Shown in pieces: positions 18,220 to 28,088 of a stretch of DNA of 64,000 nt (its first letter is position 1; the number at the start of each line of letters is the position of its first letter). The DNA comes from Elstera sp. Its GTDB lineage: Bacteria > Pseudomonadota > Alphaproteobacteria > Elsterales > Elsteraceae. The stretch spans positions 40,806-104,805 of the forward strand of contig NZ_JBILQX010000001.1 in assembly GCF_044372965.1 (NCBI RefSeq). Direction: 5' to 3'. Below the pieces are notes generated by a model that searched no databases, was not told the origin of the DNA, and saw nothing but the letters and a program-made list of their open reading frames with translations. Both the position numbers and the translations under genes were made by a program.

Positions 18220-18236
18220 TCGGCTAAACTCGCCCG

Positions 18237-18959
18237 ATGAGCCGCAGCAACCGTCTGTTTTCCCTCGTCGAAGCCCTGCGCCGCCACCGCTATCCGGTGA
18301 CGGCGGCGGCTTTGGCCGAGGAGTTGGGCGTATCGGTGCGCACCATCTACCGCGATATCCAAACCCTCGTCGGCCAAGGCGCGACGATTGAGGGGGAAGC
18401 CGGACTTGGCTATCTGCTGAAGCCCGACTTTCTGCTGCCGCCGCTGATGTTCGCCGAAAGCGAGTTGGAAGCCCTTGGGCTCGGCATGCGCTGGGTCGCG
18501 CAGCAGGAGGATTCTGAGCTTGCCCGCGCCGCCCGACATGTGCTGGCAAAAGTGATGGCCGTGCTCCCGCCCGATCTAGCCGCGCAAGTGGAAGGGGCCG
18601 GGCTGCTGGTGCCGCCGACGCGCTCAACCGGGCCCGAAACCATCCTGCCGCCCGGCGATCTGCTCGCCGATCTGCGCCAAGCCCTGCGCAATGAGCAAAA
18701 ACTGCGGATCCACTACCGCGACCGCGACGCCCAGGCGAGCGAGCGGATCATTTGGCCGATTGCCCTCGCGTTTTTCCGCGACGCGCGCGTACTTGCCGCC
18801 TGGTGCGAAGCGCGGCAAGATTACCGCCATTTCCGGCTGGACCGGATTCACGCGCTGGAGATTCTGCCCGACCGCGCCCCGATCCGCCGCCGAACGCTGA
18901 TGATCCGCTGGCGGCGCAGCCTGAATATTCCCGACCCGGACCAACCCGCGCGCTCCTGA
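18237..18959 (+). CDS. YafY-family transcriptional regulator (HTH + WYL domain)
   Basis: N-terminus RLFSLVEALRRHRYPVTAAALAEELGVSVRTIYRDIQTL; C-terminal WYL-type region (RIHYRDRDAQASERIIWPIALAFF...RHFRLDRI). Confidence 0.85.
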   Translation: MSRSNRLFSLVEALRRHRYPVTAAALAEELGVSVRTIYRDIQTLVGQGATIEGEAGLGYLLKPDFLLPPLMFAESELEALGLGMRWVAQQEDSELARAARHVLAKVMAVLPPDLAAQVEGAGLLVPPTRSTGPETILPPGDLLADLRQALRNEQKLRIHYRDRDAQASERIIWPIALAFFRDARVLAAWCEARQDYRHFRLDRIHALEILPDRAPIRRRTLMIRWRRSLNIPDPDQPARS

Positions 18960-19030
18960 CAGAATCTGACACTGCCTCCCCTCACTCTCTGCCTATCGGC
19001 GCTGCCGACTGAAGCTGAGGAGAGAGCGAG

Positions 19031-19504
19031 ATGTTGCCCCTGAATCATCCCCCTGGAAATTGGATTGCGGTTGCCTCCGCCGACCACGTTGCCCGTGGGC
19101 TTGAGTGGGGCATTATGCAGGTTTGCCACGGCAAGGCCGCGCCGCTGAAACGGATCAAGCCCGGCGATAGGGTGGCCTATTATTCCCCGACCGAAAGTTT
19201 CCATCGCGTCGGCCCGCCGGGGGCGCGCTGCCAAGCCTTCACGGCCCTGGGAACCGTCCGCTCGGGCGAGGCCTATCAAGTGACGATGGCCGAGGATTTT
19301 CACCCTTTCCGCCGGGATGTTCTGTGGCAGGCGCAAGGCCGCGCCTCGATCCTACCGCTGCTGGAGCAGCTTTCCTTCACCCGAGGCAAGCGGTCGTGGG
19401 GCTATGCCTTCCGCTTCGGCCTTATTCCCGCAACCGCGGCCGATCTGGATTTGATCGCCGCCACCCTATCCCCCATCCCTGTTAAGGAACTTGAATATGT
19501 CTAA
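19031..19504 (+). CDS. EVE (PUA-like) domain protein
   Basis: [44 protein letters not shown] is typical of the EVE-domain N-terminus. Size is 157 aa. Confidence 0.7.
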   Translation: MLPLNHPPGNWIAVASADHVARGLEWGIMQVCHGKAAPLKRIKPGDRVAYYSPTESFHRVGPPGARCQAFTALGTVRSGEAYQVTMAEDFHPFRRDVLWQAQGRASILPLLEQLSFTRGKRSWGYAFRFGLIPATAADLDLIAATLSPIPVKELEYV

Positions 19505-19868
19505 CAATGTCGCCGTTTGGTTCGAAATTCCCTCGGCGGATTTTGACCGGGCCACCGGCTTTTACGAAAGCCTCTTCGGCGTTTCTTTACGCCGCGAAGA
19601 CCTCGGGCCGAACCGCCTTGGCATTTTCCCCTACGAACAACCCGCTCTCTCGGGCTGCGTCATTTCCGGCCCCGCTTACCGTCCCGCCAATGATGGCCCG
19701 GTGATTTACCTGAACTGCGAAGGCCGTTTAGACGATCTGTTAAGCCGCATCGAAACCCTGGGCGGCGGAATCGTTACGCCGAAAACCGCGCTGCCGCCCG
19801 GCATGGGCTTCTTCGCCCATATCCGCGACAGCGAGGGCAACCGCGTCGGACTGCATAGCGAAGCGTAA
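19497..19868 (+). CDS. VOC (glyoxalase/bleomycin-resistance fold) family protein
   Basis: [24 protein letters not shown]...[21 protein letters not shown] at 19497 lies within the ORF that opens at TTG 19491. Confidence 0.8.
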   Translation: MSNNVAVWFEIPSADFDRATGFYESLFGVSLRREDLGPNRLGIFPYEQPALSGCVISGPAYRPANDGPVIYLNCEGRLDDLLSRIETLGGGIVTPKTALPPGMGFFAHIRDSEGNRVGLHSEA

Positions 19869-19921
19869 CTTTTGGGGGATGGGCGGCGAAACAGGATAAG
19901 TAACCTTCTTGGAGATTTCCG

Positions 19922-20302
19922 ATGAAATTCGCCGCCCTTGCCTTAACCGCCGTGCTGTCGTTTGCCGCGACAATGGCGAGTGCGCTGGAGAGCAAACCCT
20001 ATACGGCTGCGGCCCTTGCCGAAGCGCAGAACGCGGGAAAGCCGGTTGCCCTACATTTTCATGCCGATTGGTGCTCCACCTGCCGGGCGCAGACAAAAGT
20101 CTTCGGCGCCCTCAAAAGCGAAACAGACTTGGATATGACGATTTTGGTGGCCGATTACGATAAGGAAACCGAGTTGAAGCGCGCGCTCAAGGTTCGCACG
20201 CAGTCCACCCTCATCGTTTACAAAGGCAAGACCGAAACAACGCGCCTTGCGGGCGACACCAAAACGGACGCCTTGCGCAAAGCCCTAAAGTCCGCGCTGT
20301 AA
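19922..20302 (+). CDS. Periplasmic thioredoxin-family protein
   Basis: Signal peptide MKFAALALTAVLSFAATMASA and a WCSTC active site (HFHADWCSTCRAQ). Confidence 0.8.
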   Translation: MKFAALALTAVLSFAATMASALESKPYTAAALAEAQNAGKPVALHFHADWCSTCRAQTKVFGALKSETDLDMTILVADYDKETELKRALKVRTQSTLIVYKGKTETTRLAGDTKTDALRKALKSAL

Positions 20303-20303
20303 G

Positions 20304-21029
20304 ATGGTCTCCTTGACGCAAGCCGGGCTCAGTCTCGCTGCGGGCAGTTTGACGACGCTGAGCCCCTGTGTTTTCCCGATTCTGCCGTTGGTGGTGGGAA
20401 GCGCTACCGCCCGTCACCCCCTCGCCCCTGTGGCAATGGCCGGGGGGATGATTCTGTCTTTCGCCGCCCTGGGGGTTCTCATTGGGTTGTTCGGTGCCAG
20501 TTTGGGCTTCGATGCCGATGCGCTGCGCCCCATCGGCGGAAGCCTGCTACTGGCTTTTGGGCTTGTCATGCTTATTCCCGCGCTGGATAGCCGGTTCTCA
20601 GCCCTGCTGACCCCCATAGCGAGTGGGGCGGCGCGACTGAGTTCAAGCGGGTCCTCTGCCGATCTCGGGGGGGCGCTGTTGATCGGGGCGACGCTTGGGC
20701 TGGTTTGGAGCCCCTGCTCCGGCCCGCTGCTCGCGTCAACCCTCACCTTGGCCGCAAGTGAAGGGGGCGCGCTGACGGGGGGCGGGCTCTTGGCCCTGTT
20801 CGGCTTTGGCGCGGCTCTGCCATTGTTGGGGGTCGCCTATGCCTCGCGGCAAACCTTGGCCAAGCTCCGCCCGGCCTTATTGACCCGAGGGGGCACGCTC
20901 AAAAAGGCGTTCGGCCTTCTTCTCGGCCTCGCCGGATTAGCCGTTTTGACCGGGTTTGATAAGCGTTTAGAAGCCGCCATACTCGATGTGTTACCCGAGT
21001 CTTGGACCGCGCTGACGGTGTTATTCTAG
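20304..21029 (+). CDS. Cytochrome c biogenesis / thiol-disulfide transporter CcdA (DsbD-like) family
   Basis: LSPCVFPILPLVVG and WSPCSGPLL are the two conserved Cys-containing TM motifs. Six hydrophobic segments. Confidence 0.85.
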   Translation: MVSLTQAGLSLAAGSLTTLSPCVFPILPLVVGSATARHPLAPVAMAGGMILSFAALGVLIGLFGASLGFDADALRPIGGSLLLAFGLVMLIPALDSRFSALLTPIASGAARLSSSGSSADLGGALLIGATLGLVWSPCSGPLLASTLTLAASEGGALTGGGLLALFGFGAALPLLGVAYASRQTLAKLRPALLTRGGTLKKAFGLLLGLAGLAVLTGFDKRLEAAILDVLPESWTALTVLF

Positions 21030-22543
21030 TCCTGGCGCTTGAATACCCGCAGCGTGCCGATGCGTTTCAAGAGCCGGTAGTGGGTGAATTCGTCCGCGAA
21101 CCGAGGGTCTTGGCCAAAAAACTCCAAATAATCGAGCGGGCGCAGCCGAAAAGCCGCCTCATCTTGCGAGGTTTCGGCCAAGATCAGCGACGGTTTTTCG
21201 CGCCGCACCGAGTCGGCGACGCGCGTCAGCAGCAGCGTTTCCGCCGGGGAGCGCGCTTCGGGCGGGTGCAGGCGCAAGCGACCATCGGGGCCGGGCTCAT
21301 CTGCGTCGTAGAGTGCAGGCAGCAGCCAAAGCGACATGAAGGGCATCGCTAACCGATTGCCGGTATAGTTCAGCACCGGGGAGGTCGGATCAATATATTG
21401 GGTCAGCCAGAGCACTGGGCGGCCCCCGCCCTCGCGGCGGATTAACTCTTCCACCACGCGGGCGTCGCTTTTGGCGTAATCGAATTGAAGCCGTAACGGT
21501 GGGCTGAGATGGCCGCCGAGCGCCATCAAGGCAATGGCGAACGCTGCCAGAATGCGCCCGTCCGGCACCGCCTGCCCCCGACTCAAAATCCCTGCCAATC
21601 CGTAGGCGGCAAGCAGAATCAGCAGAATCCGCGCAGGCAGAAAATGATAATCCCAATCCTTGAACTGCAAGAGCCCCGCCAGAACCGCCGCCAGCGCCAT
21701 CAGCCATAGAACCGCCGCGACAGGACGCAGCCTGACCCGCAAGGCCCAGGGCGCAAGGCAGGCAAGACCGATCAACAGCGGCGGCAGTTCGACGCCAGTG
21801 ATCATATCGATGCCCTGATCGAGATCGAAAAGATCGTAGTGGTCGGAGGCCAGCGGTAGCATATCGGCGAGATAGGCGGGATAGAGCGCCGCAGTCGCCC
21901 CGACGTAAATCAGCCCAAGCAACAAAAACAGCCAAGGTTCGGGCCGCGTCAGCCAGCGCTTCGGCCCGAGACGGACGAGCAAGAGGAGTTCAACCATCGC
22001 CCCCAACAGCGCGAACTGCGGCTTTTGAGCAATCCCGATGAAAGCGATCACCGCCGCGAAAACCCGTAACGCTCGCCGTGCGGGCAGCCCCGCCACCGCC
22101 CGCACGGCGAGCGCCCCATAGGGCAGAATCAGCGCGAGCATCAGGTGTTCGCGCTCGCCAAACGAGTCACCGGGGCGGACCAGCAGCGTGATCGCCCCCG
22201 TGAGCGCGAGTAACCGCCGTTCGGTGTCGTTCAGAAGGGGCGCGAGGATGCGGAGTGCCAGCGACGCGCCGACGACCACGGCGAGCAGGCAGAGGGCAAT
22301 GAACCAAAATACCGCGCTACCGAGCCCGGTTTTAGCCAGACCCGCCGGGATCAGATCGAGCCAATAGCCCATCGGCGGGTTGAAATCGATGAGGTCGCGG
22401 TAAAGCATCTCACCGTCCAGCATGCGTTCGGCAAAGCGCAGCATCGCGCCCGCATCGGCGTTCAGCGGCGGAAAGAACGCGCCGACGCCCCAGAGCAGAA
22501 TGATACCTGCCAGCAGCAGCCGATCCGCCGGGAGCCCCCGCAT
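21026..22543 (-). CDS. Polytopic membrane protein, possible GT-C-type glycosyltransferase
   Basis: About 12 hydrophobic segments in the N-terminal two-thirds plus a soluble C-terminal domain. Located downstream of sugar-nucleotide genes. ATG at 22543 avoids overlap with the PMM gene. The family call is an inference. Confidence 0.5.
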   Translation of the reverse strand: MRGLPADRLLLAGIILLWGVGAFFPPLNADAGAMLRFAERMLDGEMLYRDLIDFNPPMGYWLDLIPAGLAKTGLGSAVFWFIALCLLAVVVGASLALRILAPLLNDTERRLLALTGAITLLVRPGDSFGEREHLMLALILPYGALAVRAVAGLPARRALRVFAAVIAFIGIAQKPQFALLGAMVELLLLVRLGPKRWLTRPEPWLFLLLGLIYVGATAALYPAYLADMLPLASDHYDLFDLDQGIDMITGVELPPLLIGLACLAPWALRVRLRPVAAVLWLMALAAVLAGLLQFKDWDYHFLPARILLILLAAYGLAGILSRGQAVPDGRILAAFAIALMALGGHLSPPLRLQFDYAKSDARVVEELIRREGGGRPVLWLTQYIDPTSPVLNYTGNRLAMPFMSLWLLPALYDADEPGPDGRLRLHPPEARSPAETLLLTRVADSVRREKPSLILAETSQDEAAFRLRPLDYLEFFGQDPRFADEFTHYRLLKRIGTLRVFKRQD

Positions 22544-22553
22544 GCTGTAGCGC

Positions 22554-23939
22554 TTAGAACTGCGGCGGCGTAACCCCACTGGGCGCGAGCGCGTCCAGCA
22601 ATGCTACCTTCAGGCGATCCAACCCGGCTTCGTCCGCTGCCTCGCAACGGGCAACCAGCACGTCTTGGGTATTGGAGGCGCGCAGCAGCCACCAGCCGTC
22701 GGCGGTTGTTACGCGCACGCCATCAACAGCGGAAACATTGGCCCCTGCCGCCGCCAATCTTTCTTTCACTTCCGCAACGACCGCGAATTTGCGCGTATCG
22801 GCGCAGGGGAAGCGCAGTTCCGGCGTGTTTTGGCGCTTCGGCAGCTCATCGCGTAAGGTCGCAAGGCTTTTTCCGGCCCAAGAGACGGTTTCGAGCACGC
22901 GCACCGCCGCATAAAGCGCATCGTCGAAGCCATAATAGCGGTCGGCGAAGAAAATATGGCCCGACATTTCACCCGCGAGCGGCGCGCCGGTTTGTTTCAT
23001 CTGCTTCTTAATCAGCGAATGGCCGGTCGCGCCCATTAGCGGTTTGCCGCCCAAGCGCGCAATTTCATCGAACAGCACTTGGCTGGCCTTAACGTCGGCA
23101 ATGATCGTGGCCCCCGGCAGGTCGGCCAGCACGGGCCGCGCCAGTAGCGCCAGAATCTGATCGCCCCACAGGACCCGCCCCTGCCCATCGACGAGGCCGA
23201 TGCGGTCGCCGTCGCCGTCAAAGGCAATGCCGAGGTCGGCCTGATGCTCAGCCACCGCCGCCTTCAACTGAACGAGGTTCTTCTCTTCGGTCGGGTCCGG
23301 GTGATGGGCCGGGAAAGTGCCGTCGATCACCTCGTTCAGCAGAATGTGACGGCCCGGCAGGCGGCGCGTCATACGGATCATCGCGTCGCCCGCAGCCCCA
23401 TTCCCCGCATCCCACACAACAGTAAGCGGGCCACCGCGGAAACCTTCAATCATTCGGGAAACGTAACGATCCATGAGATCGATCGAAATCGATGATCCTA
23501 CGCCCTTCTTGAACCGCCCTTCGGCGGCAATCTTGCCGATCTCCTGGATCATCGCCCCATATACCGGGCCGCCCAACAGCATCATTTTGAAACCGTTATA
23601 ATCGGGCGGATTGTGGGAGCCGGTAATCATGATCCCGGCTTCCAGCCCTTCGGAGGCCGTGGCGTAATAGAGCATCGGCGTGGGGCCGAGGCCGACGCGC
23701 GTGACCTGCGCGCCGGTGCTCATCATGCCATCGACCAGGGCGGCTTCGAGATCGGGCGAACTGAGGCGGCCATCATAGCCTACCGCAATGCGCGGTGCGA
23801 CCACGCCGCTTTGCTCGATCACGTACGAGCCGAACGCCTGCCCGAGCGCCTGCGCGTCCGCCCCCGAAAGGGTTTTGCCGACGATGCCGCGAATATCATA
23901 TTCCCGCAGAATGGTAGGCTCGAAGCGGTAGCCGCTCAT
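22554..23939 (-). CDS. Phosphomannomutase / phosphoglucomutase
   Basis: Active-site loop [14 protein letters not shown], metal loop FDGDGDRIG, sugar loop GEMSGH. Confidence 0.92.
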   Translation of the reverse strand: MSGYRFEPTILREYDIRGIVGKTLSGADAQALGQAFGSYVIEQSGVVAPRIAVGYDGRLSSPDLEAALVDGMMSTGAQVTRVGLGPTPMLYYATASEGLEAGIMITGSHNPPDYNGFKMMLLGGPVYGAMIQEIGKIAAEGRFKKGVGSSISIDLMDRYVSRMIEGFRGGPLTVVWDAGNGAAGDAMIRMTRRLPGRHILLNEVIDGTFPAHHPDPTEEKNLVQLKAAVAEHQADLGIAFDGDGDRIGLVDGQGRVLWGDQILALLARPVLADLPGATIIADVKASQVLFDEIARLGGKPLMGATGHSLIKKQMKQTGAPLAGEMSGHIFFADRYYGFDDALYAAVRVLETVSWAGKSLATLRDELPKRQNTPELRFPCADTRKFAVVAEVKERLAAAGANVSAVDGVRVTTADGWWLLRASNTQDVLVARCEAADEAGLDRLKVALLDALAPSGVTPPQF

Positions 23940-23968
23940 GGCAATTCGTCCTTAAAAGTCAGCAGAAG

Positions 23969-25291
23969 TTATTTTACCGCCGGAAGCGACACGCGCCCGA
24001 CGCAGGTATAGTCGAACCCGGCATTCGCCATCATATCCGGCTCATACACATTGCGCAGATCGACGAGAACCGAGCTTTTGAGCAAGCTCTTCACTCGTTT
24101 TAAGTCGAGCGCGCGGAATTCGTTCCATTCGGTGATGATCACCAGCGCATCCGCCCCGCCCATGGTTTCATAGGCGGTTTCGCACCATAGAATCCCCGGC
24201 AGCATTTTTTCCGCCTCGTGCATCCCAGCAGGATCGAAGGCACGCAAGGTTGCGCCCGCTTCTTGCAGCGCGGGGAGAATATCGAGGCTCGGGCTGTCGC
24301 GCATATCATCGGTATTCGGCTTGAAAGTGACGCCCAAGATCGCCAGCGTCTTGCCCTTTACCGACCCGCCGCAGGCGGAAATGATCTTATCGGCCATCGC
24401 GCGTTTGCGCTTGTCGTTGATATCGACGACGGTTTCGATGATCCGCAGCGGTGCCCCCGCTTCCTGGGCGGTGCGCACCAGGGCCAGCGTATCTTTCGGG
24501 AAGCAAGAGCCGCCGTAACCGGGGCCGGGGTGCAGGAATTTCTTGCCAATGCGCCCGTCGAGCCCGATGCCCTTGGCCACGTCATGGACATCCGCGCCCA
24601 GCTTTTCGCACAGATCGGCCACTTCGTTGATGAAGGTGATCTTCGCGGCAAGGAAGGTATTGGCGGCGTATTTGATGAGTTCCGAGGTTTCTACCGAGGT
24701 GAACACAATCGGCGTTTCGATCAAATACAGCGGGCGATACAGATTGCGCATAAGCTCGCGCGCTTTTTCCGTCCGTGCGCCGATCACAACCCGGTCGGGG
24801 CGCATGAAATCGCTGATAGCCGAGCCTTCGCGCAAAAATTCGGGGTTCGAAACGACGTCGAAATCGGCGTCCGGGCGAGTCTCGCGGATGATGCGTTCCA
24901 CTTCCCGGCCCGTGCCCACCGGCACGGTAGATTTGGTGACGACGACCGTATAGCCGCTCAAGGCTTCGGCAATTTCCTTAGCCGCGCCATAGACGTAGCT
25001 CAAGTCCGCGTGCCCATCGCCCCGACGCGACGGCGTCCCAACGGCGATAAACACCGCATCAGCTTCCGCCACCGCCGCCTTGAGGTCGGTGGTGAAGAAC
25101 AGGCGGCCTGCCTTAGCGCTATTCTCAACCAACTTATCGAGACCGGGCTCGTAAATCGGAATTTCACCGCGATTGAGCCGCTCGATCTTGCTGACATCCT
25201 TATCGACGCACGTCACCGTCACGCCGAACTCCGAGAAGCAAGCCCCCGACACCAGACCGACATAGCCGGTCCCAATCATGGCAATCCGCAT
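23969..25291 (-). CDS. ugd: UDP-glucose 6-dehydrogenase
   Basis: MRIAMIGTGYVGLVSGACFSEFG Rossmann N-terminus and the catalytic GGSCFPKD motif. Confidence 0.93.
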   Translation of the reverse strand: MRIAMIGTGYVGLVSGACFSEFGVTVTCVDKDVSKIERLNRGEIPIYEPGLDKLVENSAKAGRLFFTTDLKAAVAEADAVFIAVGTPSRRGDGHADLSYVYGAAKEIAEALSGYTVVVTKSTVPVGTGREVERIIRETRPDADFDVVSNPEFLREGSAISDFMRPDRVVIGARTEKARELMRNLYRPLYLIETPIVFTSVETSELIKYAANTFLAAKITFINEVADLCEKLGADVHDVAKGIGLDGRIGKKFLHPGPGYGGSCFPKDTLALVRTAQEAGAPLRIIETVVDINDKRKRAMADKIISACGGSVKGKTLAILGVTFKPNTDDMRDSPSLDILPALQEAGATLRAFDPAGMHEAEKMLPGILWCETAYETMGGADALVIITEWNEFRALDLKRVKSLLKSSVLVDLRNVYEPDMMANAGFDYTCVGRVSLPAVK

Positions 25292-25362
25292 AAAATCTTC
25301 CTTTCTGTCACGCCGTCTCTCTCAGGGGGAGGCGCGGTTACGCTAGTTTTGTTAGGCGCTCA

Positions 25363-26238
25363 TCACGCCGTATAGGAGGCCAGAATCCGGCGAACGGCGT
25401 CCGCCATATCGTCCCGGTCCAGGGCAAAGGCGATATTGGCTTCCAAGAAACCAACCTTATCGCCGCAATCGAACCGCCGACCTTCGAACCGAAGCCCGTG
25501 GAACGGCTGCTCGCCGATCACATCGGCCAGCGCATCGGTAAGCTGAATCTCCCCGCCCGCGCCCCGTTCCTGCCGCTCCAGATGGTTCAGCACCTGCGGG
25601 TCGAGGATGTAGCGGCCAATAATGGCGAGATTAGAGGGGGCCATCGCCGGTTTCGGCTTTTCCACCACACCGCGCACTTGCACCAAGCGACCATCATCGG
25701 AGATCGGATCGAGAATGCCGTAACGCGAGGTATGCTCGCGCGGCACATCCATCACCGCCACCATGCTGCCGCCCAAATCCTCATAGGCTTCGATCATCTG
25801 CTTCAGACACGGCTGATCGGACAGAATAAGATCGTCGGCCAGCAAAACCGCGAACGGCTCGCCATTAATCAGGGCGCGCGCGCACCAAACGGCATGACCA
25901 AGGCCGAGCGGCTCCGGCTGGCGCGTATAGGCGATGCGGCCCGGCCCCAGCGGAATATCTTTGATCAGCGCCCAAAGATCGTCCTTCCCCCGGCTCAGCA
26001 GCGCGTTCTGCAACTCGCCGGAGTGATCGAAATGATCTTCGATAGCTTCCTTGCCGCGCCCGGTGACGAAGATAAACTCTTCAATCCCGGCGTCGCGTGC
26101 CTCCTCGACCGCATATTGGATAAGGGGCTTATCCACGACCGGCAGCATTTCTTTCGGCATGGCCTTGGTGGCTGGCAAGAAACGGGTTCCCAATCCACCG
26201 ACGGGGAAAACAGCTTTACGGACCTTACGTGCGGCCAT
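25363..26238 (-). CDS. galU: UTP--glucose-1-phosphate uridylyltransferase
   Basis: KAVFPVGGLGTRFLPATKAMPKEMLPVVDKPLIQY signature. ATG at 26238 lies within the longer ORF. Confidence 0.93.
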   Translation of the reverse strand: MAARKVRKAVFPVGGLGTRFLPATKAMPKEMLPVVDKPLIQYAVEEARDAGIEEFIFVTGRGKEAIEDHFDHSGELQNALLSRGKDDLWALIKDIPLGPGRIAYTRQPEPLGLGHAVWCARALINGEPFAVLLADDLILSDQPCLKQMIEAYEDLGGSMVAVMDVPREHTSRYGILDPISDDGRLVQVRGVVEKPKPAMAPSNLAIIGRYILDPQVLNHLERQERGAGGEIQLTDALADVIGEQPFHGLRFEGRRFDCGDKVGFLEANIAFALDRDDMADAVRRILASYTA

Positions 26239-26352
26239 GAAATCCTCGGATTGCATTTCGCATCATCTGGCCACGGTCAGGCAGCCAAGGGGGTGATGCG
26301 ATTGCCCGCTTACTTGCCACATCCGCGCCTTGCGGCGCAAGCCGTGGGGCGA

Positions 26353-27153
26353 TTAAGCTTTAGTAATCTCGTCGGTCGAGACCGTCGGCAGGATCGGCAA
26401 ATTAAGCGATGCCAGCAGTGCCCGCACCTCTTGCCGAGCGGCAACATGGCTCATGGACACTTGGGCATTCACCCCTTCGTCGCGCAAATCCAGCAGCGTG
26501 AGGCCCTTCAAAAACAACTCGCGGAAGATCACGCGCTCGGAAAACCCAGGCGCAATGCGGAATCCCACCCGCCCGGCCAACGCCTCCAAGGCTTGCGCCA
26601 CGAGTTGCTTATTGCGCGCGTCCACATGGGCGAGACGATTGCGCATCACGATCCAATCCAGCGGCGGCAAGCGGCCCATCGCGCGGCGTTTGCGCTGCTC
26701 CCATACCATTTCGGCATAGGTGCTGGGCCGGATGACGGCCAGGGTTTCCGGGTCCACGTGGCCGATCACGTCGAAATCGATGAAACTATCATTGAGCGGT
26801 GTCACCAGCGTATCGGCGATAACATGAGCTTTGCGCGATAGCGGCGTATCGGCCCCTGGGCAGTCGATGACCAGCACCTGATGCCGCCGCCATAGGCCTT
26901 CGACCACCTCATCAAACTTCTCAGCTTCGGTGGGCAGCAAGGCGGCGTGCTCGGGAATCGGGATTTGTGCCCCGGTCATGGCGCGAAACGCTGTGCGATT
27001 CTGGAAATAGCGGGTGAGTGTGCCCTGACGCGCGTCGAGATCGAGCGAGGCGACGCTCAGCCCCTCCCGCAGCAACCCGATAATCAGGTGCATCGCGGTC
27101 GTGCTTTTGCCCGACCCGCCCTTTTCATTCCCCAAAACGATGATATGCGCCAT
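26353..27153 (-). CDS. mipZ: Division-plane positioning ATPase MipZ (ParA/MinD superfamily)
   Basis: MAHIIVLGNEKGGSGKSTTAMHLIIGLLREGLSVASLDLDARQGTLTRY is the deviant Walker A plus the MipZ-typical continuation. Size is 266 aa. Confidence 0.85.
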   Translation of the reverse strand: MAHIIVLGNEKGGSGKSTTAMHLIIGLLREGLSVASLDLDARQGTLTRYFQNRTAFRAMTGAQIPIPEHAALLPTEAEKFDEVVEGLWRRHQVLVIDCPGADTPLSRKAHVIADTLVTPLNDSFIDFDVIGHVDPETLAVIRPSTYAEMVWEQRKRRAMGRLPPLDWIVMRNRLAHVDARNKQLVAQALEALAGRVGFRIAPGFSERVIFRELFLKGLTLLDLRDEGVNAQVSMSHVAARQEVRALLASLNLPILPTVSTDEITKA

Positions 27154-27156
27154 TGG

Positions 27157-27936
27157 CTATATCCCTTTAAACACGGGGGCGGTTTTATTCACGAAAGCGG
27201 CAATGCCGGTTTGATAGTCTTCCGTATCGAAGCAGGCGAAGCCCTCGGCCAGTTCCGCTTCGGTCAATGGGGCCGCTTCGTCCAGACGGCGGGCGAAAGC
27301 CTTGTGCCAGCGGTTAACCAAAGGCGCGCCAGAGGCGATGCGCTCGGCGGCTTCCTGCGCTTCCACCAAAGCTTGCCCATCCTCGACAATGCGCGAAACG
27401 ATGCCATAGCCCTTGGCCTCGTCAACGCCGAAAATCCGGCCCTCCAGCAGAATCTCGACGGCGGCTTTGCGCCCTAACGCCCGAATGAAGGCCCCGATTT
27501 CGGGATAAGACATAACAAAGCCAAGCTTATTGATCGGCACGCCGAAGGTGGCGCTAGCCCCGGCGATGCGCACGTCCGAGAGGCACGCAAGCTCTACCCC
27601 GCCGCCGATGCAGCGGCCTTCGATGGCGGCGACGAGCGGATGCGGAAAATTCTCTAGCTGGGTAAGGGTCGCATACATCAGTTTGGCGTAGGCGCGCGCC
27701 GCATCGGGCGTCGCCCGCAAGGTTTGGAATTCCGAAATATCGCCGCCTGCGCAGAAATGATTGCCGGCACCGGTCAGAATAACGCAGCGAATACTATCGT
27801 CTTCGGCAAGCTCCGTGAGCGCCGCTCCCACGCCGCGCCAAAGATCGGCATTCAGCACATTGAGTTTCTCAGGGCGATTCAGCGTAACCGTTACAATCCC
27901 GCCCTGGCGCTCGCGTCCCAATGCTGCCGCACTCAT
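27157..27936 (-). CDS. Enoyl-CoA hydratase/isomerase (crotonase) family protein
   Basis: VTVTLNRPEKLNVLN...ILTGAGNHFCAGGDISEF...AAIEGRCIGGGVELA. ATG at 27936 is preceded by AAGGAGAG. Confidence 0.88.
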   Translation of the reverse strand: MSAAALGRERQGGIVTVTLNRPEKLNVLNADLWRGVGAALTELAEDDSIRCVILTGAGNHFCAGGDISEFQTLRATPDAARAYAKLMYATLTQLENFPHPLVAAIEGRCIGGGVELACLSDVRIAGASATFGVPINKLGFVMSYPEIGAFIRALGRKAAVEILLEGRIFGVDEAKGYGIVSRIVEDGQALVEAQEAAERIASGAPLVNRWHKAFARRLDEAAPLTEAELAEGFACFDTEDYQTGIAAFVNKTAPVFKGI

Positions 27937-28009
27937 GCCGCTCTCCTTCTGATGCCGCTCCTCATCAGAAATCAGAAGCCCGCAGCCCACGCAACAAGAT
28001 TCCCCCAAG

Positions 28010-28034
28010 GCTAGACAGGGACGCTAGACAGGGA
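28010..28034. promoter_or_regulatory. Tandem direct repeat GCTAGACAGGGA x2 in the divergent crotonase/pyrE promoter region
   Basis: GCTAGACAGGGA at 28010-28021 and again at 28023-28034, separated by a single C (13-nt period). Confidence 0.3.
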
Positions 28035-28088
28035 GGCGCGGGCGCTTTATCACGCCCTCACCGTGTTTGCGCCCGTAAAGGTCTCGCT

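Noticed and set aside
24218-26841. Long + strand ORFs (385 aa and 447 aa) opposite ugd, galU and mipZ
   Set aside because: Same high-GC antisense artefact. They have no recognisable motifs, while the minus-strand genes carry textbook signatures (GGSCFPKD, GGLGTRFLP, KGGSGKST).
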